Part shown: in pieces, positions 10,089-20,279 of the stretch
Position numbering within the stretch: position 1 is the stretch's first letter
How the letters are laid out: the number at the start of each line of letters is the position of its first letter
Source: an uncultured virus (IMG/VR IMGVR_UViG_3300025141_000033)
Lineage: Duplodnaviria > Heunggongvirae > Uroviricota > Caudoviricetes
DNA: 64,000 bases
Virus record (IMG/VR): IMGVR_UViG_3300025141_000033
Reading direction: 5' to 3' (one strand)
Position numbers and translations under genes: made by a program
Notes under the pieces: model-generated
What the model saw: only the letters and a program-made list of their open reading frames with translations
Database searches by the model: none
What the model was told of the DNA's origin: nothing

Positions 10089-10112
10089 GGGGAGATTGCT
10101 CCCCCCCTTTTT
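10089..10112. terminator. GC-rich hairpin between the sheath and tube genes
   Basis: GGGGAG-attg-CTCCCC stem. The T-run follows it on the + strand, not the coding strand. Confidence 0.5.
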
Positions 10113-10113
10113 A

Positions 10114-12912
10114 CTAGTCGTCAAATGACGCCCCAGTGGAAGCGATGACGAAGTCAATCGCGATATATTCGATAGCCCTTGCAGGCTTGACCATAATCTT
10201 CGCATACATGATGTTCTGATCAATAAGGTCAGGGGTGGTTGTAGACTCGTCAAGAATCAGCTTGTAGTCGGTGATACCAAACTGCACCTTGGTGTTAGCA
10301 AGGAATGGCTCGACGAGACCCTTGAAGCGGTTCCACGTGGACTGTACGTTCTGTTCGAAAAGAACCTGAGTTGAGAGGATGGAGATCTGCTTCTTCAAGT
10401 AGATGACCAGTCGTCTAACATTGATTCTATCGAGCGAGGACTGAGACTGCTGAAGAGTCTTTTGTCCGAAGACCACGATACCCGAGGAGGGGAAGGAAGC
10501 GATGGGGTTAATATCTGCTTCGTAAAGTAGGTCTCTGTCCTTGGAGGTAAGACGCTGAGTCACGTTGGTGACTGGGATACCTGCGGCGCCGTCGGAAAGC
10601 CCGCCACGGTTGAAACCGGCAGGAGCGAACCAGACTGCGGACTTGCGCTCAGAGGAAGCAAGAACACCCATCATGGCGACAGATGGTGGAATCCAGAGGA
10701 GGCGACCTGTGCCGGCATCTCTGGTTTGAACCCATGGATAGAAAGTTGTACCGTAACTGGAATCAATCTGTCTGGTCTTAAGGTTGGCTACCATTGTGGC
10801 AGGGGTACTAAGTCTGTCCTTCTTGTCAGCGATGTAGCTCTCATGAGATGGAGTGTAAGCGTTGGGAAGGTCGATAATCGCCATGGCGTCGGCGCGAGCC
10901 TCGCAAGTGTTGATCATCGCGTTTGTAAGAGACTCGTGAGTGAGCCCAGGAATCGCCATAAGGTTCATATCCAAGGATTCTGGGTCAGCAACGGTATCGA
11001 TAGCACGCTTGTAGGTGTTATAGATGTAGCTGGTCTCGTCAGTGGAGGCGTCCGCCATACCAGCGTTGTAGACTGGATCGGGTACCTTGATGTCGAAACC
11101 ATCGAATCCGCCCCAGAAAGGCGCGGTGAAGTTGCCGTAACCAGCACCAAGCGTAGTTGCGAGAGACTGAGCAGTCTCAGATGCGCGAGAGCCAGACACG
11201 TAGACTGGAACACCATTGGAAGATCCGCTGATGTCATCAAGGGAGAAGACATAAGAGAAGCTGTCAACGCCAGGGATAGTGCTGGCGGATGGGTCATCTG
11301 CGAGCCCAGCATAGAGGAGCCTGTGTGGGTCTGCGACGGAAAGGTCGTGAGTGGTCGAGGATGGAGACGTGGAAGTCATCATACCGAAGTGAGCGTCTGT
11401 TCTGTCGCTTAGTCCGCCATCACTGGCAGATGCGCGTAGACGAACACTTGGGAAAGCCATCGAACCAGTCAAGTCGCCAGCAGCGCCAGAAAGGAAGGCG
11501 TCGGCACCAGCACCTGGAATCGAGCCAGAGGACTGAACGAAAGAGTTGTTCGTCCCGACAGATGCTGGGTTGTGAACGTGAGTGCTAAAGCGGGGTGGTC
11601 CAAAGTAGCCAACTGGGAGGAGGGCAGGGTCAGTGGCACCGGCTTCCACATCAGCGTTCATCTCAACATAGACGAACTTGGACTGGCTTGGATAATCGCC
11701 ATAAGTGCGGAGGCGGCGCTCGGTTTGGGACCACTCAGAATAAGTATCACCGATGCGGCGAGCAACATAGTCTGGAGAAGCAGGGTCAAGAGTCAAGTTA
11801 TCGAATCTTTCCATGACCTGTTCTGCACCATCGCGATCCCCAAGGGCACGTAGAACAATGGCGAAAGTTCCGTAATCAGTAGCTGTGGTGGTGGATGGCT
11901 TGATGTTCTCAATGGAGACCTTCACGTTCTTGTGAAGCCATTCACCATGTCCGCGGCCTTTGAGGCGAAGTAGCTTGGGCATTGTTGCTGGTGCGAAAGA
12001 AGTGGGGTTACCGGACAGATCCTGACCGATGAACCAGCCTGCAACCGCTTCGCTAGAGTTAGCTTGCATGAGGCTTGGAGCAACAGAGCCGGATGCGATG
12101 CCCAAAATCACACCAAACAAGTCGGTGTTAGTGAGGCTGGCATCCCTGATTTCCTGTTCGTAGGTTTCACCAAGCCAGACATCTTCTGCAGAAGCAGAGG
12201 CGTAAAAGGCGCCGGCTGTGCTAAGAAGCTGTGGGTTAGTGTTGAAGCGCTTGCGAAGGAAAGTCTCTGCGCTGGGGTCAGTGCCGAACTTGACAGTTTT
12301 CTCACCAGTGCGAGAGCCAGAGACGACCACAGTGAAGAGGTTGTCACTATCGTTCTCAATCGCGATACCGGTACCCTGGGCGGAACCTCCACCGTGGAGG
12401 GAGCCAGAAAGCTCAACGTTGCCCTCATCCATATACCACACTGCGGCGAGTTGCCCTGAACCAAGGTCAGTGGCGGTGACGGATGCGGAAGGGAAGATCC
12501 ACAATCCGTATGCACCGCCAGCAGTGACGCCGGAGGAAAGGGGATTGGTGGTTTTCCAACCAGCCTTGCCGGCGGCGGTCGCCGCGGTGGATTCGTGCCC
12601 AAGAAGGCGAATGTAGGTGAGAGGGGCGACATTTGATCTCAGGAACGCCTTGGCGGCATATGTTCCGTACATTGGAGACTGATAATTTCCATCTCTGTAG
12701 ATGTCACCGCCTTGTGCGCCGGCAACAGTGTCGCCGAACATTTCGACGAAGTCCGAGTAAGACTGGACTTTAATGGGTTGCATAGCCAAGCCTCGGGAGG
12801 CGCGACCAATAACAACGGGACCAATTGCGTCTGCGGACTTGGGGATGAACGAGTTATCTATCTCATTGATGAATACCCCAGGAGATACAAACTTAAAACT
12901 TTTAGCTGACAT
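10114..12912 (-). CDS. Contractile tail sheath protein (T4 gp18-like)
   Basis: SPGVFINEID, WFAPAGFNRG, INPI, GQKTL and LDRINVRRL motifs. Confidence 0.95.
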   Translation of the reverse strand: MSAKSFKFVSPGVFINEIDNSFIPKSADAIGPVVIGRASRGLAMQPIKVQSYSDFVEMFGDTVAGAQGGDIYRDGNYQSPMYGTYAAKAFLRSNVAPLTYIRLLGHESTAATAAGKAGWKTTNPLSSGVTAGGAYGLWIFPSASVTATDLGSGQLAAVWYMDEGNVELSGSLHGGGSAQGTGIAIENDSDNLFTVVVSGSRTGEKTVKFGTDPSAETFLRKRFNTNPQLLSTAGAFYASASAEDVWLGETYEQEIRDASLTNTDLFGVILGIASGSVAPSLMQANSSEAVAGWFIGQDLSGNPTSFAPATMPKLLRLKGRGHGEWLHKNVKVSIENIKPSTTTATDYGTFAIVLRALGDRDGAEQVMERFDNLTLDPASPDYVARRIGDTYSEWSQTERRLRTYGDYPSQSKFVYVEMNADVEAGATDPALLPVGYFGPPRFSTHVHNPASVGTNNSFVQSSGSIPGAGADAFLSGAAGDLTGSMAFPSVRLRASASDGGLSDRTDAHFGMMTSTSPSSTTHDLSVADPHRLLYAGLADDPSASTIPGVDSFSYVFSLDDISGSSNGVPVYVSGSRASETAQSLATTLGAGYGNFTAPFWGGFDGFDIKVPDPVYNAGMADASTDETSYIYNTYKRAIDTVADPESLDMNLMAIPGLTHESLTNAMINTCEARADAMAIIDLPNAYTPSHESYIADKKDRLSTPATMVANLKTRQIDSSYGTTFYPWVQTRDAGTGRLLWIPPSVAMMGVLASSERKSAVWFAPAGFNRGGLSDGAAGIPVTNVTQRLTSKDRDLLYEADINPIASFPSSGIVVFGQKTLQQSQSSLDRINVRRLVIYLKKQISILSTQVLFEQNVQSTWNRFKGLVEPFLANTKVQFGITDYKLILDESTTTPDLIDQNIMYAKIMVKPARAIEYIAIDFVIASTGASFDD

Positions 12913-12963
12913 TCTTTCGCTCCTATAGTGTTAACACGAATAAATGGTGATGTTTTCAGTAAA

Positions 12964-12971
12964 TAAATAGT
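12964..12971 (-). promoter_or_regulatory. Putative late promoter ACTATTTA upstream of the sheath gene
   Basis: Intergenic motif copy. Confidence 0.6.
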
Positions 12972-13028
12972 ATTTCCCTTCTCCAACGGCTCTATTAGTT
13001 TAAATAAAATGCGGTTTAAGTTCAGGAA

Positions 13029-13916
13029 CTATGGTAACGAGCCAGTATTAAAGATACTATCGTTCTCAGAAGTCACGGCTCGTTCTGATGGGAACACATA
13101 TTCTACTGCATTTTCCTCGATCTTAACAAGGGGGCGGTCATCATTTTCGCCTTCGCCTATCAAATAGCCGAGGATACGGATGTTGATGTCTGTTGTGAAC
13201 AATCTTGTGTCTTCACCCAGGGTGGCTACATTGTTGCCGTGAGAGAAGTTCTGGTCGATGAAAGCTTCATACAAATGTCCGTTGCGACGAAGCACAAAAG
13301 AGTTAATTTGTCCCGTTCTCGCGATGAAAGGGGTCATCAGCTCGTTCATCTGCTGCTGATATTCAGTTTTGATGGAAATCTTGTATTCTGCATTAATATA
13401 GATGGGGATAGGGATAGAGAGTGTGCGAATAACTACTTTCTTGTTTACCCTTGGGAAATACTTTTGAAGAGTTCCTGAAGTGTTTGTGCGCGTACCAGCA
13501 GCCACTGCGAAGTTACGTGTCTTGTCCTCTACGATGTTTCGAGCGATGACTATTCTGCCTGGGCGGCCGTCTCTTTCATTCGAATATATATTGGCTTGGA
13601 ACCCACCCTTGTTGTTCGGGTCCTTGGTGATGCCGGTCCTCTCAACACTGATGAGGGGGAGTTTGAGGGCGCCGGCAGCGTCTCTTAGGGTGCGATCGTT
13701 CTTAATCTGGAATGAGCGCTCGGGGGTTTGCCAGAGTACAGGCACTTTTGTATAGCCCTCGTTAGTTTTGGCGTGCAATTCCAGGTCTTCCTTCATCCAG
13801 GAGACGATAGCGTAGTCGATAGTCTCTATGGTAGAGGACAACATCCCTATCTCTTTAAGGGTCAAGGAGGTTGCGCCCACTGGTAAGAGGGCGAAGTCAA
13901 AGTTATCAGGTAGCAT
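13029..13916 (-). CDS. Tail terminator / sheath stabiliser (T4 gp15-like)
   Basis: LKLPLISVER motif; between the neck and sheath genes. Start moved to ATG 13916 (AAGGA RBS). Confidence 0.6.
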   Translation of the reverse strand: MLPDNFDFALLPVGATSLTLKEIGMLSSTIETIDYAIVSWMKEDLELHAKTNEGYTKVPVLWQTPERSFQIKNDRTLRDAAGALKLPLISVERTGITKDPNNKGGFQANIYSNERDGRPGRIVIARNIVEDKTRNFAVAAGTRTNTSGTLQKYFPRVNKKVVIRTLSIPIPIYINAEYKISIKTEYQQQMNELMTPFIARTGQINSFVLRRNGHLYEAFIDQNFSHGNNVATLGEDTRLFTTDINIRILGYLIGEGENDDRPLVKIEENAVEYVFPSERAVTSENDSIFNTGSLP

Positions 13917-14400
13917 CGAATAGTCCTTTTCTTGCTCTGTGGCATCTTGCGGAGATCTCGAACACGTGGTCGACTTGACCAAAGAGGAGTTTGGGTTCGA
14001 TCAGTTTCACGATTTCATAGTAGTGGTCGCCATACAATACGAAGTCACCTTCGCGGACATACATGTCTTGATCTTCCTCAAGGCGTCGTTTGTGGAAGTG
14101 GACGTTGATCTCGAACGTCTTGTCAATGCCGGCACCATCCATATACGACGTTGAGAGGTCTGTAAACTCGACCATTGCGTAGATCCTGACGGGGGGCAAG
14201 TAGTTCTTCTTTATTGCTTCGCCGTACATATCATGAAAGTTAGTCGTCTCCTGGTCAATGGGGTAATACAAAACCTGTTGTCCGATGGCTTTCTCTATTA
14301 GCTCGTCGTTCACTTGCTTCACCAAGTCTCTCTCTTTCTTTCCTAAGAAAAGAGGAGGAGGGGGTGATGCTGGGCGCTGCCATTTGTCGTCGTCGCTCAT
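13906..14400 (-). CDS. Head completion / neck protein (T4 gp14-like)
   Basis: DMYGEA and EGDFVLY motifs; position in the neck cluster. Confidence 0.6.
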   Translation of the reverse strand: MSDDDKWQRPASPPPPLFLGKKERDLVKQVNDELIEKAIGQQVLYYPIDQETTNFHDMYGEAIKKNYLPPVRIYAMVEFTDLSTSYMDGAGIDKTFEINVHFHKRRLEEDQDMYVREGDFVLYGDHYYEIVKLIEPKLLFGQVDHVFEISARCHRARKGLFDAT

Positions 14401-14406
14401 ATACTA

Positions 14407-15678
14407 TTATCCTACAAAGATTGGAAGTGGGGTCGCCTTGAGTGCATTGTTGACAGAGTCCGTGAGTTCTCCATCGCGCTTGGCGATTTCGGTGTACTCC
14501 ATAGTCTGCAGTTGTTCGATCAGCTTGTCCTTGAGTTGCTGCTGTTCATCCTTAGCCTGAGATAGAAGCTCAGAATGATTCAGTGTGACACTATCACCGG
14601 GGATAGGCATTGTGGTAAATTTGCCTCGAATCTGACCCAGCATCTCTTTGCTAAGGGCAAGTGCGTACTTGCGGATCCATTGTTTACCAATGGCGTTGAT
14701 GTTCTCGTATGGAACGTTGTCGAAAGGAAGCGTGTTAAGGTTATTAACCCCCTCTGTCTCCACGTCGCTGTCACCAGCTGCGTCCCATACGTCTGTCTTG
14801 ATGTAGAATCTATACCAAATTTTATCAGCGTCTTGAAAAGCCCACTGACTTGGGGTTGGGAAGAGTCTCAGCTTGTTGTCGACCAGTTCATATGAATAGT
14901 GGGATGTCCGAGTATAAATGGAATCTTCATACATAATGGCTTGCATTTTATTCTGCCAAGTGGGGATAATCTCGAAAGTCGAGTCATCAGAAAACTGACC
15001 ATAGGTCGAGTAGTTACCAACGACACCAATGCCACCGTAGTAGCCATAGAAGCGCCACATTGCTCGTGGAGACTTATAGAAAACCTGAGTGACTATGATA
15101 CGGTTATCGCCAACTTTGCCTGCCCAAGGAACCGGGTTACCGTCTTCGTCAACTCCTGATACTGAGGAGGAACTGAGGTATGTTTGAATATCATAATCCT
15201 GCTGGTCTATCACCGGTTTGATGGAACCAGAGTATTGAGCGATAGTCCCACCGAAGCCTCCAGCAGCTGACGCCCCATCAGCTACGCGATTGGCGTAGCC
15301 GAGTTGATGCCTAGGGAACTTAAGGTTCGCATTTGTGGGTCCACCAGTAATGTCACCCTTGTGGTCAAAGGTCCCTGTTGCTGCGCCGAGGGCGTTGGAT
15401 AGAGTGTTCTTGCCTTGGTGAACGTTGATGATATAAGAATATTCTAATACCGCTTCCTCATATGCCGCGTAGACGTTGGAAGGAGTAAGTTCAATATCGA
15501 CAACATCACCACCAAGCTTCTTGTAGGTGTACGCAACTTGCACACTGGCACCGCTCAAGAAAGAGACGGAGCTGCTGTATATTCCGAACGGAACGGCGGC
15601 TGAAACGGCTGCTTCGCTTCCCGTGGCGGGTAATATTACTGCGCTAGTTGTTGAGGTGGGGTTTAGGTTCTGCGGCAT
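14407..15678 (-). CDS. Neck / head-tail adaptor (T4 gp13-like)
   Basis: KLGGDVVDIELT and WIRKYALALSKEMLGQIRGKF motifs; follows the capsid gene. Confidence 0.7.
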   Translation of the reverse strand: MPQNLNPTSTTSAVILPATGSEAAVSAAVPFGIYSSSVSFLSGASVQVAYTYKKLGGDVVDIELTPSNVYAAYEEAVLEYSYIINVHQGKNTLSNALGAATGTFDHKGDITGGPTNANLKFPRHQLGYANRVADGASAAGGFGGTIAQYSGSIKPVIDQQDYDIQTYLSSSSVSGVDEDGNPVPWAGKVGDNRIIVTQVFYKSPRAMWRFYGYYGGIGVVGNYSTYGQFSDDSTFEIIPTWQNKMQAIMYEDSIYTRTSHYSYELVDNKLRLFPTPSQWAFQDADKIWYRFYIKTDVWDAAGDSDVETEGVNNLNTLPFDNVPYENINAIGKQWIRKYALALSKEMLGQIRGKFTTMPIPGDSVTLNHSELLSQAKDEQQQLKDKLIEQLQTMEYTEIAKRDGELTDSVNNALKATPLPIFVG

Positions 15679-15701
15679 TCATAGGGTCTCCGATAATATC
15701 T

Positions 15702-15709
15702 TAATTAGT
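15702..15709 (-). promoter_or_regulatory. Putative late promoter variant ACTAATTA
   Basis: Intergenic, after the capsid terminator and 24 nt before the neck gene ATG. Confidence 0.5.
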
Positions 15710-15769
15710 GTTCTCGCAGACAAAAGTAGGTCGTATCTACTATAGTGGTCGTTATAGGTCTCGCGCAAT

Positions 15770-15805
15770 AAAAAAGCCCCCCCTTCCGAAGAAGAGAGGG
15801 CTTTT
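15770..15805 (-). terminator. Intrinsic terminator after the major capsid gene
   Basis: GC-rich stem with a cTTCGg loop, followed by a T-run on the minus strand. Confidence 0.85.
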
Positions 15806-15835
15806 AAATCAGCGTTAGTTTAGCTTACCTGTTTA

Positions 15836-17584
15836 TCAGGCGCCAGACTCACCGAGGAGACCGCGAACGACAACGAGGCCGTACATATCGGGTCGGACCA
15901 TCTGCTTGGCATAGCGAGTCATCACGCCCTTGCGAGGCACGAAGTCATCTGGGCCAAAGATGGTGGGAGTGGTCTGCAGTGGCACATAGGGTGCGTACAC
16001 ATAACCGGACTCAAGGAAGCTGGAGCCTCTGCGACCGACAAGGACAACGTTACGAAGGAAGTAAGGATCCACGATAACGTCGAACTTCTTGGAAAGAGAA
16101 CCAACCTTCACAGCACCAACGGAACCGGTCTCTTCGTCATGGGTGACGGAAGCACGGAAGCCAGCGGTGAACTCAAGGATGTTGGCAACTTCAGGTGAAC
16201 ACACGATGAAGTTGGCACCACCACGAAGAGTCTTGCGGTGAATCTGAGCAGAGACATCATTGATGGTCTCAGCAAGGGTCTCGTACCATTCGGACACGGT
16301 ACCAGTGAAGTCGGGAGCCTTAGTAGACGCGCCAACTTCGGCGCCGGTTGCACGGTTCAAGAACATACCAGGGGAACGTGCCCAGTAGTATGTAGCACCA
16401 GTTGCACCACTCACGAGGTCTGCAAGGATCTCGCGGTCGATCTCAAGAGCAATCTGCTCGGAGAGAATACCGGTAAGCTCAACCTCTGCATCGAGGTTGT
16501 GATAGGCGTTGAGGTCCTGACCGAGTTCGGGGGTCCACTTAGCCTTAAGCTTCTTGGTCTGTGCGGTGACGGCAATGCTATCAACCTTGATGTCGATCTC
16601 TGGGATCAACTCGGAGCCTTCAAGACCCCATTCGGTTGCACCGACGACGGAACCAAGGGCTCCACCACTGGTGAGATTATCAGTCTTAGGGTACTGCCAA
16701 GCGCAAGCGCCAGAACCAGCCTTCGCGGCGGAAGACAAGTCAACAGTAGAGGTGATGATAACCTTCACCTGAGTAGCGGTGACCTTGGTCAGACGACGAG
16801 CAAGGGAGGTATCGCTAGAAGCGATGGAGGCGTTCAGAACGTTGTTCAGCTGGTCGCCAACGGTTTCCCATGCGGACATGTTGTCAAGGTCAGGCTGAGT
16901 GAACACAGACTTGTCCATGCTGATCTCACAAGCGTACAGGGAGCCAGACATTGCAAGAATATCAGGATCGAAATCGATCTTCTTGAGCTGAGCTTCAGTT
17001 TCTGCACCAACTGCCCAACCATCAACACTAGTGATGGAGCCAGTTGCGACGCTAACAGAGCCAGTGGGGGAAGCGTATGCGTAACCACGAGCGGAGGCAC
17101 GGGGGCCAGAAAGATCGCCTGCGCGAGCGTCGACAATGTCAACACCACCGGTGATCTCGGAACCAACCTGATCGGTACCGTAGATGGACTTGTCAGCCAA
17201 GTTACCCATACGGTCGGTCTGGGAACCAGATGCGCCGAGGTTACCGGAGTAGGTGAAGTCCATGAAGAAAATGAGACCTGAGGGCAGGCTCATTGGCTGA
17301 ACGGAAACGAGGTCGTTTGCGATCAGGCCGGCGAATACACGACGGACGATGGGGAATGCGACGGCTGCGAAGCCTTCGACATCACCACCAGCCATGGAGG
17401 TGCTTTCGCGAAGAAGCTCTTTTGCTTGGTTCTCAAGCAGGCGAGCCATGGTGTGCTGGGAGCGGTCGTTCTTGAGTCCCTCAAGTAGACCGGTCTTTTC
17501 CCATTTTGACAATAGAGCGTTACCTTCGGCACGCATGTCACGATTAACCACACCTTCAGTTAATCTTTCGATAATTCCAGACAT
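15836..17584 (-). CDS. Major capsid protein (T4 gp23-like)
   Basis: VSVQPM..PSGLIF, KLKAKWTPELGQDL.A.H.LDAE.EL, EIDREI, YAPYVPL and GVMTRY motifs. Confidence 0.97.
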   Translation of the reverse strand: MSGIIERLTEGVVNRDMRAEGNALLSKWEKTGLLEGLKNDRSQHTMARLLENQAKELLRESTSMAGGDVEGFAAVAFPIVRRVFAGLIANDLVSVQPMSLPSGLIFFMDFTYSGNLGASGSQTDRMGNLADKSIYGTDQVGSEITGGVDIVDARAGDLSGPRASARGYAYASPTGSVSVATGSITSVDGWAVGAETEAQLKKIDFDPDILAMSGSLYACEISMDKSVFTQPDLDNMSAWETVGDQLNNVLNASIASSDTSLARRLTKVTATQVKVIITSTVDLSSAAKAGSGACAWQYPKTDNLTSGGALGSVVGATEWGLEGSELIPEIDIKVDSIAVTAQTKKLKAKWTPELGQDLNAYHNLDAEVELTGILSEQIALEIDREILADLVSGATGATYYWARSPGMFLNRATGAEVGASTKAPDFTGTVSEWYETLAETINDVSAQIHRKTLRGGANFIVCSPEVANILEFTAGFRASVTHDEETGSVGAVKVGSLSKKFDVIVDPYFLRNVVLVGRRGSSFLESGYVYAPYVPLQTTPTIFGPDDFVPRKGVMTRYAKQMVRPDMYGLVVVRGLLGESGA

Positions 17585-17603
17585 ATTATTAATCTCCTAA
17601 ATG

Positions 17604-18743
17604 TTAGTTTATACCTGCTAGTCTTTTCATTCTCGATGAGAATGGGTCCGTGGCGGTTGTTTCAACCTTAGATGCACGGACAACAGAAGATGGACGACTA
17701 ATAGCCTCGCTCAATGACTTAGGGCTACGACTAGGCTTGCCTTCCATTGTGCTTTCGAGAGTATTATATATCGTTTTCGCTTCTGCAGCAGAACCAGCCT
17801 TGGAAATAGCTTCGACAATCTTATCTTTTTGTCGCTCATTTAGGGAGGTATTCCTCAAAACGCGGTTCGTGTACAAGAGACGGGCATTAGAGAGGTTAGT
17901 GTCTTGCAACATGGTTCTAATCTCGTTAATGGTTCCCTCATACTGTTCCGATTGCTCTTTGAGTTGGCTATTTTCAAAAACCAACTCTTCTTGAGCTTTC
18001 TTCAAATCTTCTAATTCTTCTTCTATATCGCTGCTGCGACGATGAGCGAGTTCTTTTTCGATCTCGTGCTTCATATCGTCGGAGGAGCGTCCAGCCCAAC
18101 CTGACAGGTCTGCACCCATATCTACGGTTAGCTGTTCCATAACATCGTTGATGAACTCATCAGAGATGTCTAATTCTTCTTCCTCAACTTCTTCAGTCAC
18201 AGCGTCTTCAACGGTCACTGGGGGGATAGTTATATCGCCATCGTCGGGGACATCGGTGGAGTCCTCTTCTGTTCCTTCAAGGAGTTCTTCTACTTCGATA
18301 TCTTCATCGAGTTCGGTTTCTTCCATCTCGGACAGATTAACTTCTTCGTCGGTCGCTTCAGTCTCTTCTTCAAGTTCTTCAGCAGATTCAGCGAGGTCTG
18401 TGGTGAGGGAAGCTTCGAGTGCCTCGATGGACTCTTGGAGAGCACCAAGGTCAAGGGTGACAATATCTTTGTCGCCTTCGCAAGCAAACTCTTCTAGGTT
18501 TTCACCATCAAGTTCAGACAGATTGTCGGTTGCAGAAAGCGGAATATTATCGAGTTCCGGGGTGGGGGTGTCTTCGACAGATTCCTCTATTTCCATCCCA
18601 AGCTCGTCCTGTTCCAGAAGTTGGTCGAGGGTTTCTCGGACTTCGGTGGAGTATTTTTCGATGATCGCTGCTTCAGCGTTCTTCAAAGCGGCCTCTCGTA
18701 GCGCTTGGGCGTCGACAATGGCTTGCTTTAGTAGAGTAGACAT
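17604..18743 (-). CDS. Prohead scaffold/core protein
   Basis: Very acidic coiled coil with many L/I-x-E sites and a C-terminal RMKRLAGI; directly upstream of the capsid gene. Confidence 0.75.
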   Translation of the reverse strand: MSTLLKQAIVDAQALREAALKNAEAAIIEKYSTEVRETLDQLLEQDELGMEIEESVEDTPTPELDNIPLSATDNLSELDGENLEEFACEGDKDIVTLDLGALQESIEALEASLTTDLAESAEELEEETEATDEEVNLSEMEETELDEDIEVEELLEGTEEDSTDVPDDGDITIPPVTVEDAVTEEVEEEELDISDEFINDVMEQLTVDMGADLSGWAGRSSDDMKHEIEKELAHRRSSDIEEELEDLKKAQEELVFENSQLKEQSEQYEGTINEIRTMLQDTNLSNARLLYTNRVLRNTSLNERQKDKIVEAISKAGSAAEAKTIYNTLESTMEGKPSRSPKSLSEAISRPSSVVRASKVETTATDPFSSRMKRLAGIN

Positions 18744-18779
18744 TCATATGCTCCTAAAATAAATGAAAGTTTTTCAAAA

Positions 18780-18787
18780 TAAATAGT
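18780..18787 (-). promoter_or_regulatory. Putative late promoter ACTATTTA upstream of scaffold-capsid
   Basis: Intergenic motif copy followed by AGGAG. Confidence 0.6.
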
Positions 18788-18824
18788 GTGCCGACTCGCA
18801 AAAAGACTATTATTGTATCTTAGG

Positions 18825-19892
18825 TTAGGCAATAAGCCACCATTTTTTTCCATCAGACTGAAGAGAACAAGAAAATAACCCTTCTGTTGCCTGTAATGTG
18901 GAAATCTCTTCGTTTTGTTCGGAAGTGGTGATGGTTATGTTATTCTGTGCTGTTGTCTTCTTGATGTTTAGTATTCTGCCTTCGTTCTTGCTCGCAGATG
19001 GGAGCACCACATCAATATTATTAGATGTAGTATCGAGAAGAATGGTGTAATCCTGGGCGTCGACTGCGTAAGTTGGCGAAGTCGCTGTAACAATACTTGC
19101 GACAACGGCGCCTTCAAGAGTAGTCGTACCAGAAACTGAGAGAGCAGCTGTGGCAGTGGTGCCCGCTACATTAAGAATATTGCGGGTCTCATTAAAGGTC
19201 AACTTGTTGGTTGCCGATAAACCTCGTGGGCCCTTGAACTGAACGTGTCCGAGGGCGCCGGCAGCCTGTGGTATCTTTGTTCTCAGGTACCCTTCGTAAA
19301 AGTTCTTCATTGTAGTGCTTCTTGTGTCGCCGCGGCTTTGATCGTGTAAAAGGAGGAGATCAGCATCTTGGATATTTTGCCCCTTCTCAGTTATTCCTCT
19401 CGCAGTGCTAACGTCAACTTGGAGAGATTCCCCTGTGAGAGAGAGCCCACCTCGCGGAGAGAGATCGAGAGACAGTCCGTCTTCTGTTACAGAGATGCCC
19501 CCTGACGCTCTTGTCTGTAGGGCGTCGTTTTCTACGTAAAGCCCAGAGGAGAGATTAATATTGTTTCCTGATATCTTCCCTGTTATGTTCTCGCCATTAA
19601 TGTTGGTTATGTTCTTCGCGTCTCCAGACAAGGTTGCAAACTTCAGGTCGGTGCCCGATAGAGTTAAGCCATCGAATACAAGGGTAGCTTCTGCTGTTGC
19701 GGTGCCATCACCATTGGACGTTAACAGTCGGTTATCGCTATCGTTTTCGATCTTTGTGATAGCAGCGGGAACAATACATTCGCCCGCGGTTGTCTCAAAG
19801 GAGTCGGCGGTCACCTTGCCTGTGAATTTCTTGTCTTCGTTAATAACCCCGTCTATTCCAAGCGTTGGAGTCGTATTTTTAATATAAGCCAT
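18825..19892 (-). CDS. Fibre-like virion protein
   Basis: Thr/Gly/Ser-rich. C-terminal DY.I.LD...LP.A...G....IK...W module shared with three neighbouring genes. Confidence 0.55.
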   Translation of the reverse strand: MAYIKNTTPTLGIDGVINEDKKFTGKVTADSFETTAGECIVPAAITKIENDSDNRLLTSNGDGTATAEATLVFDGLTLSGTDLKFATLSGDAKNITNINGENITGKISGNNINLSSGLYVENDALQTRASGGISVTEDGLSLDLSPRGGLSLTGESLQVDVSTARGITEKGQNIQDADLLLLHDQSRGDTRSTTMKNFYEGYLRTKIPQAAGALGHVQFKGPRGLSATNKLTFNETRNILNVAGTTATAALSVSGTTTLEGAVVASIVTATSPTYAVDAQDYTILLDTTSNNIDVVLPSASKNEGRILNIKKTTAQNNITITTSEQNEEISTLQATEGLFSCSLQSDGKKWWLIA

Positions 19893-20135
19893 TTATCTAC
19901 CTACCTTGTTGTTGTTTAAGCTGAAGCTCTCTGTCACGATAAGGCAGCCATGATTGACGAGTCTCTCATGATGAAAGTGCAAGTCGTGCCTCTCTACTAT
20001 TGCTATAACTAATTCCTTCATCCTTTGAGAGTTCCCAGTTATTATTTTTAAAGGAGTCTCGTTCATAAGAATGAAGTTCTCTACATGGCGCTGAACAGCA
20101 TCGTGATACAGCCCATGGAGATCTAGTGTGTGCAT
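19893..20135 (-). CDS. Stand-alone Smr (MutS2 C-terminal-like) domain protein
   Basis: MHTLDLHG...LKIITGNS...GCLIV. Start moved to ATG 20135 (GAGGG RBS). Confidence 0.75.
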   Translation of the reverse strand: MHTLDLHGLYHDAVQRHVENFILMNETPLKIITGNSQRMKELVIAIVERHDLHFHHERLVNHGCLIVTESFSLNNNKVGR

Positions 20136-20205
20136 ACTATCTTTTCCCTCTCTCGCTACCTCTATTATATAGTGAGGCACGGCGGTTAGAGTATATTAGA
20201 GTATT

Positions 20206-20240
20206 AAAAAAAAGGATGCCCCCCATGAAGAGGGGCATCC
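20206..20240 (-). terminator. Intrinsic terminator after the repeat-fibre gene
   Basis: GGATGCCCC...GGGGCATCC stem followed by T8. Confidence 0.85.
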
Positions 20241-20279
20241 AAGGTTTAAAGCAACCACAGCCATAAAGACTGTATCAGC

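Noticed and set aside
1843..13916. Tail module as a stand-alone contractile injection system or tailocin
   Set aside because: Capsid, portal, protease and terminase genes are contiguous with it, so it is a phage tail.
16238..17281. 347-aa antisense ORF opposite the capsid gene, and similar + strand ORFs opposite sheath and scaffold
   Set aside because: Shadow ORFs of highly biased genes, with no recognisable motifs.
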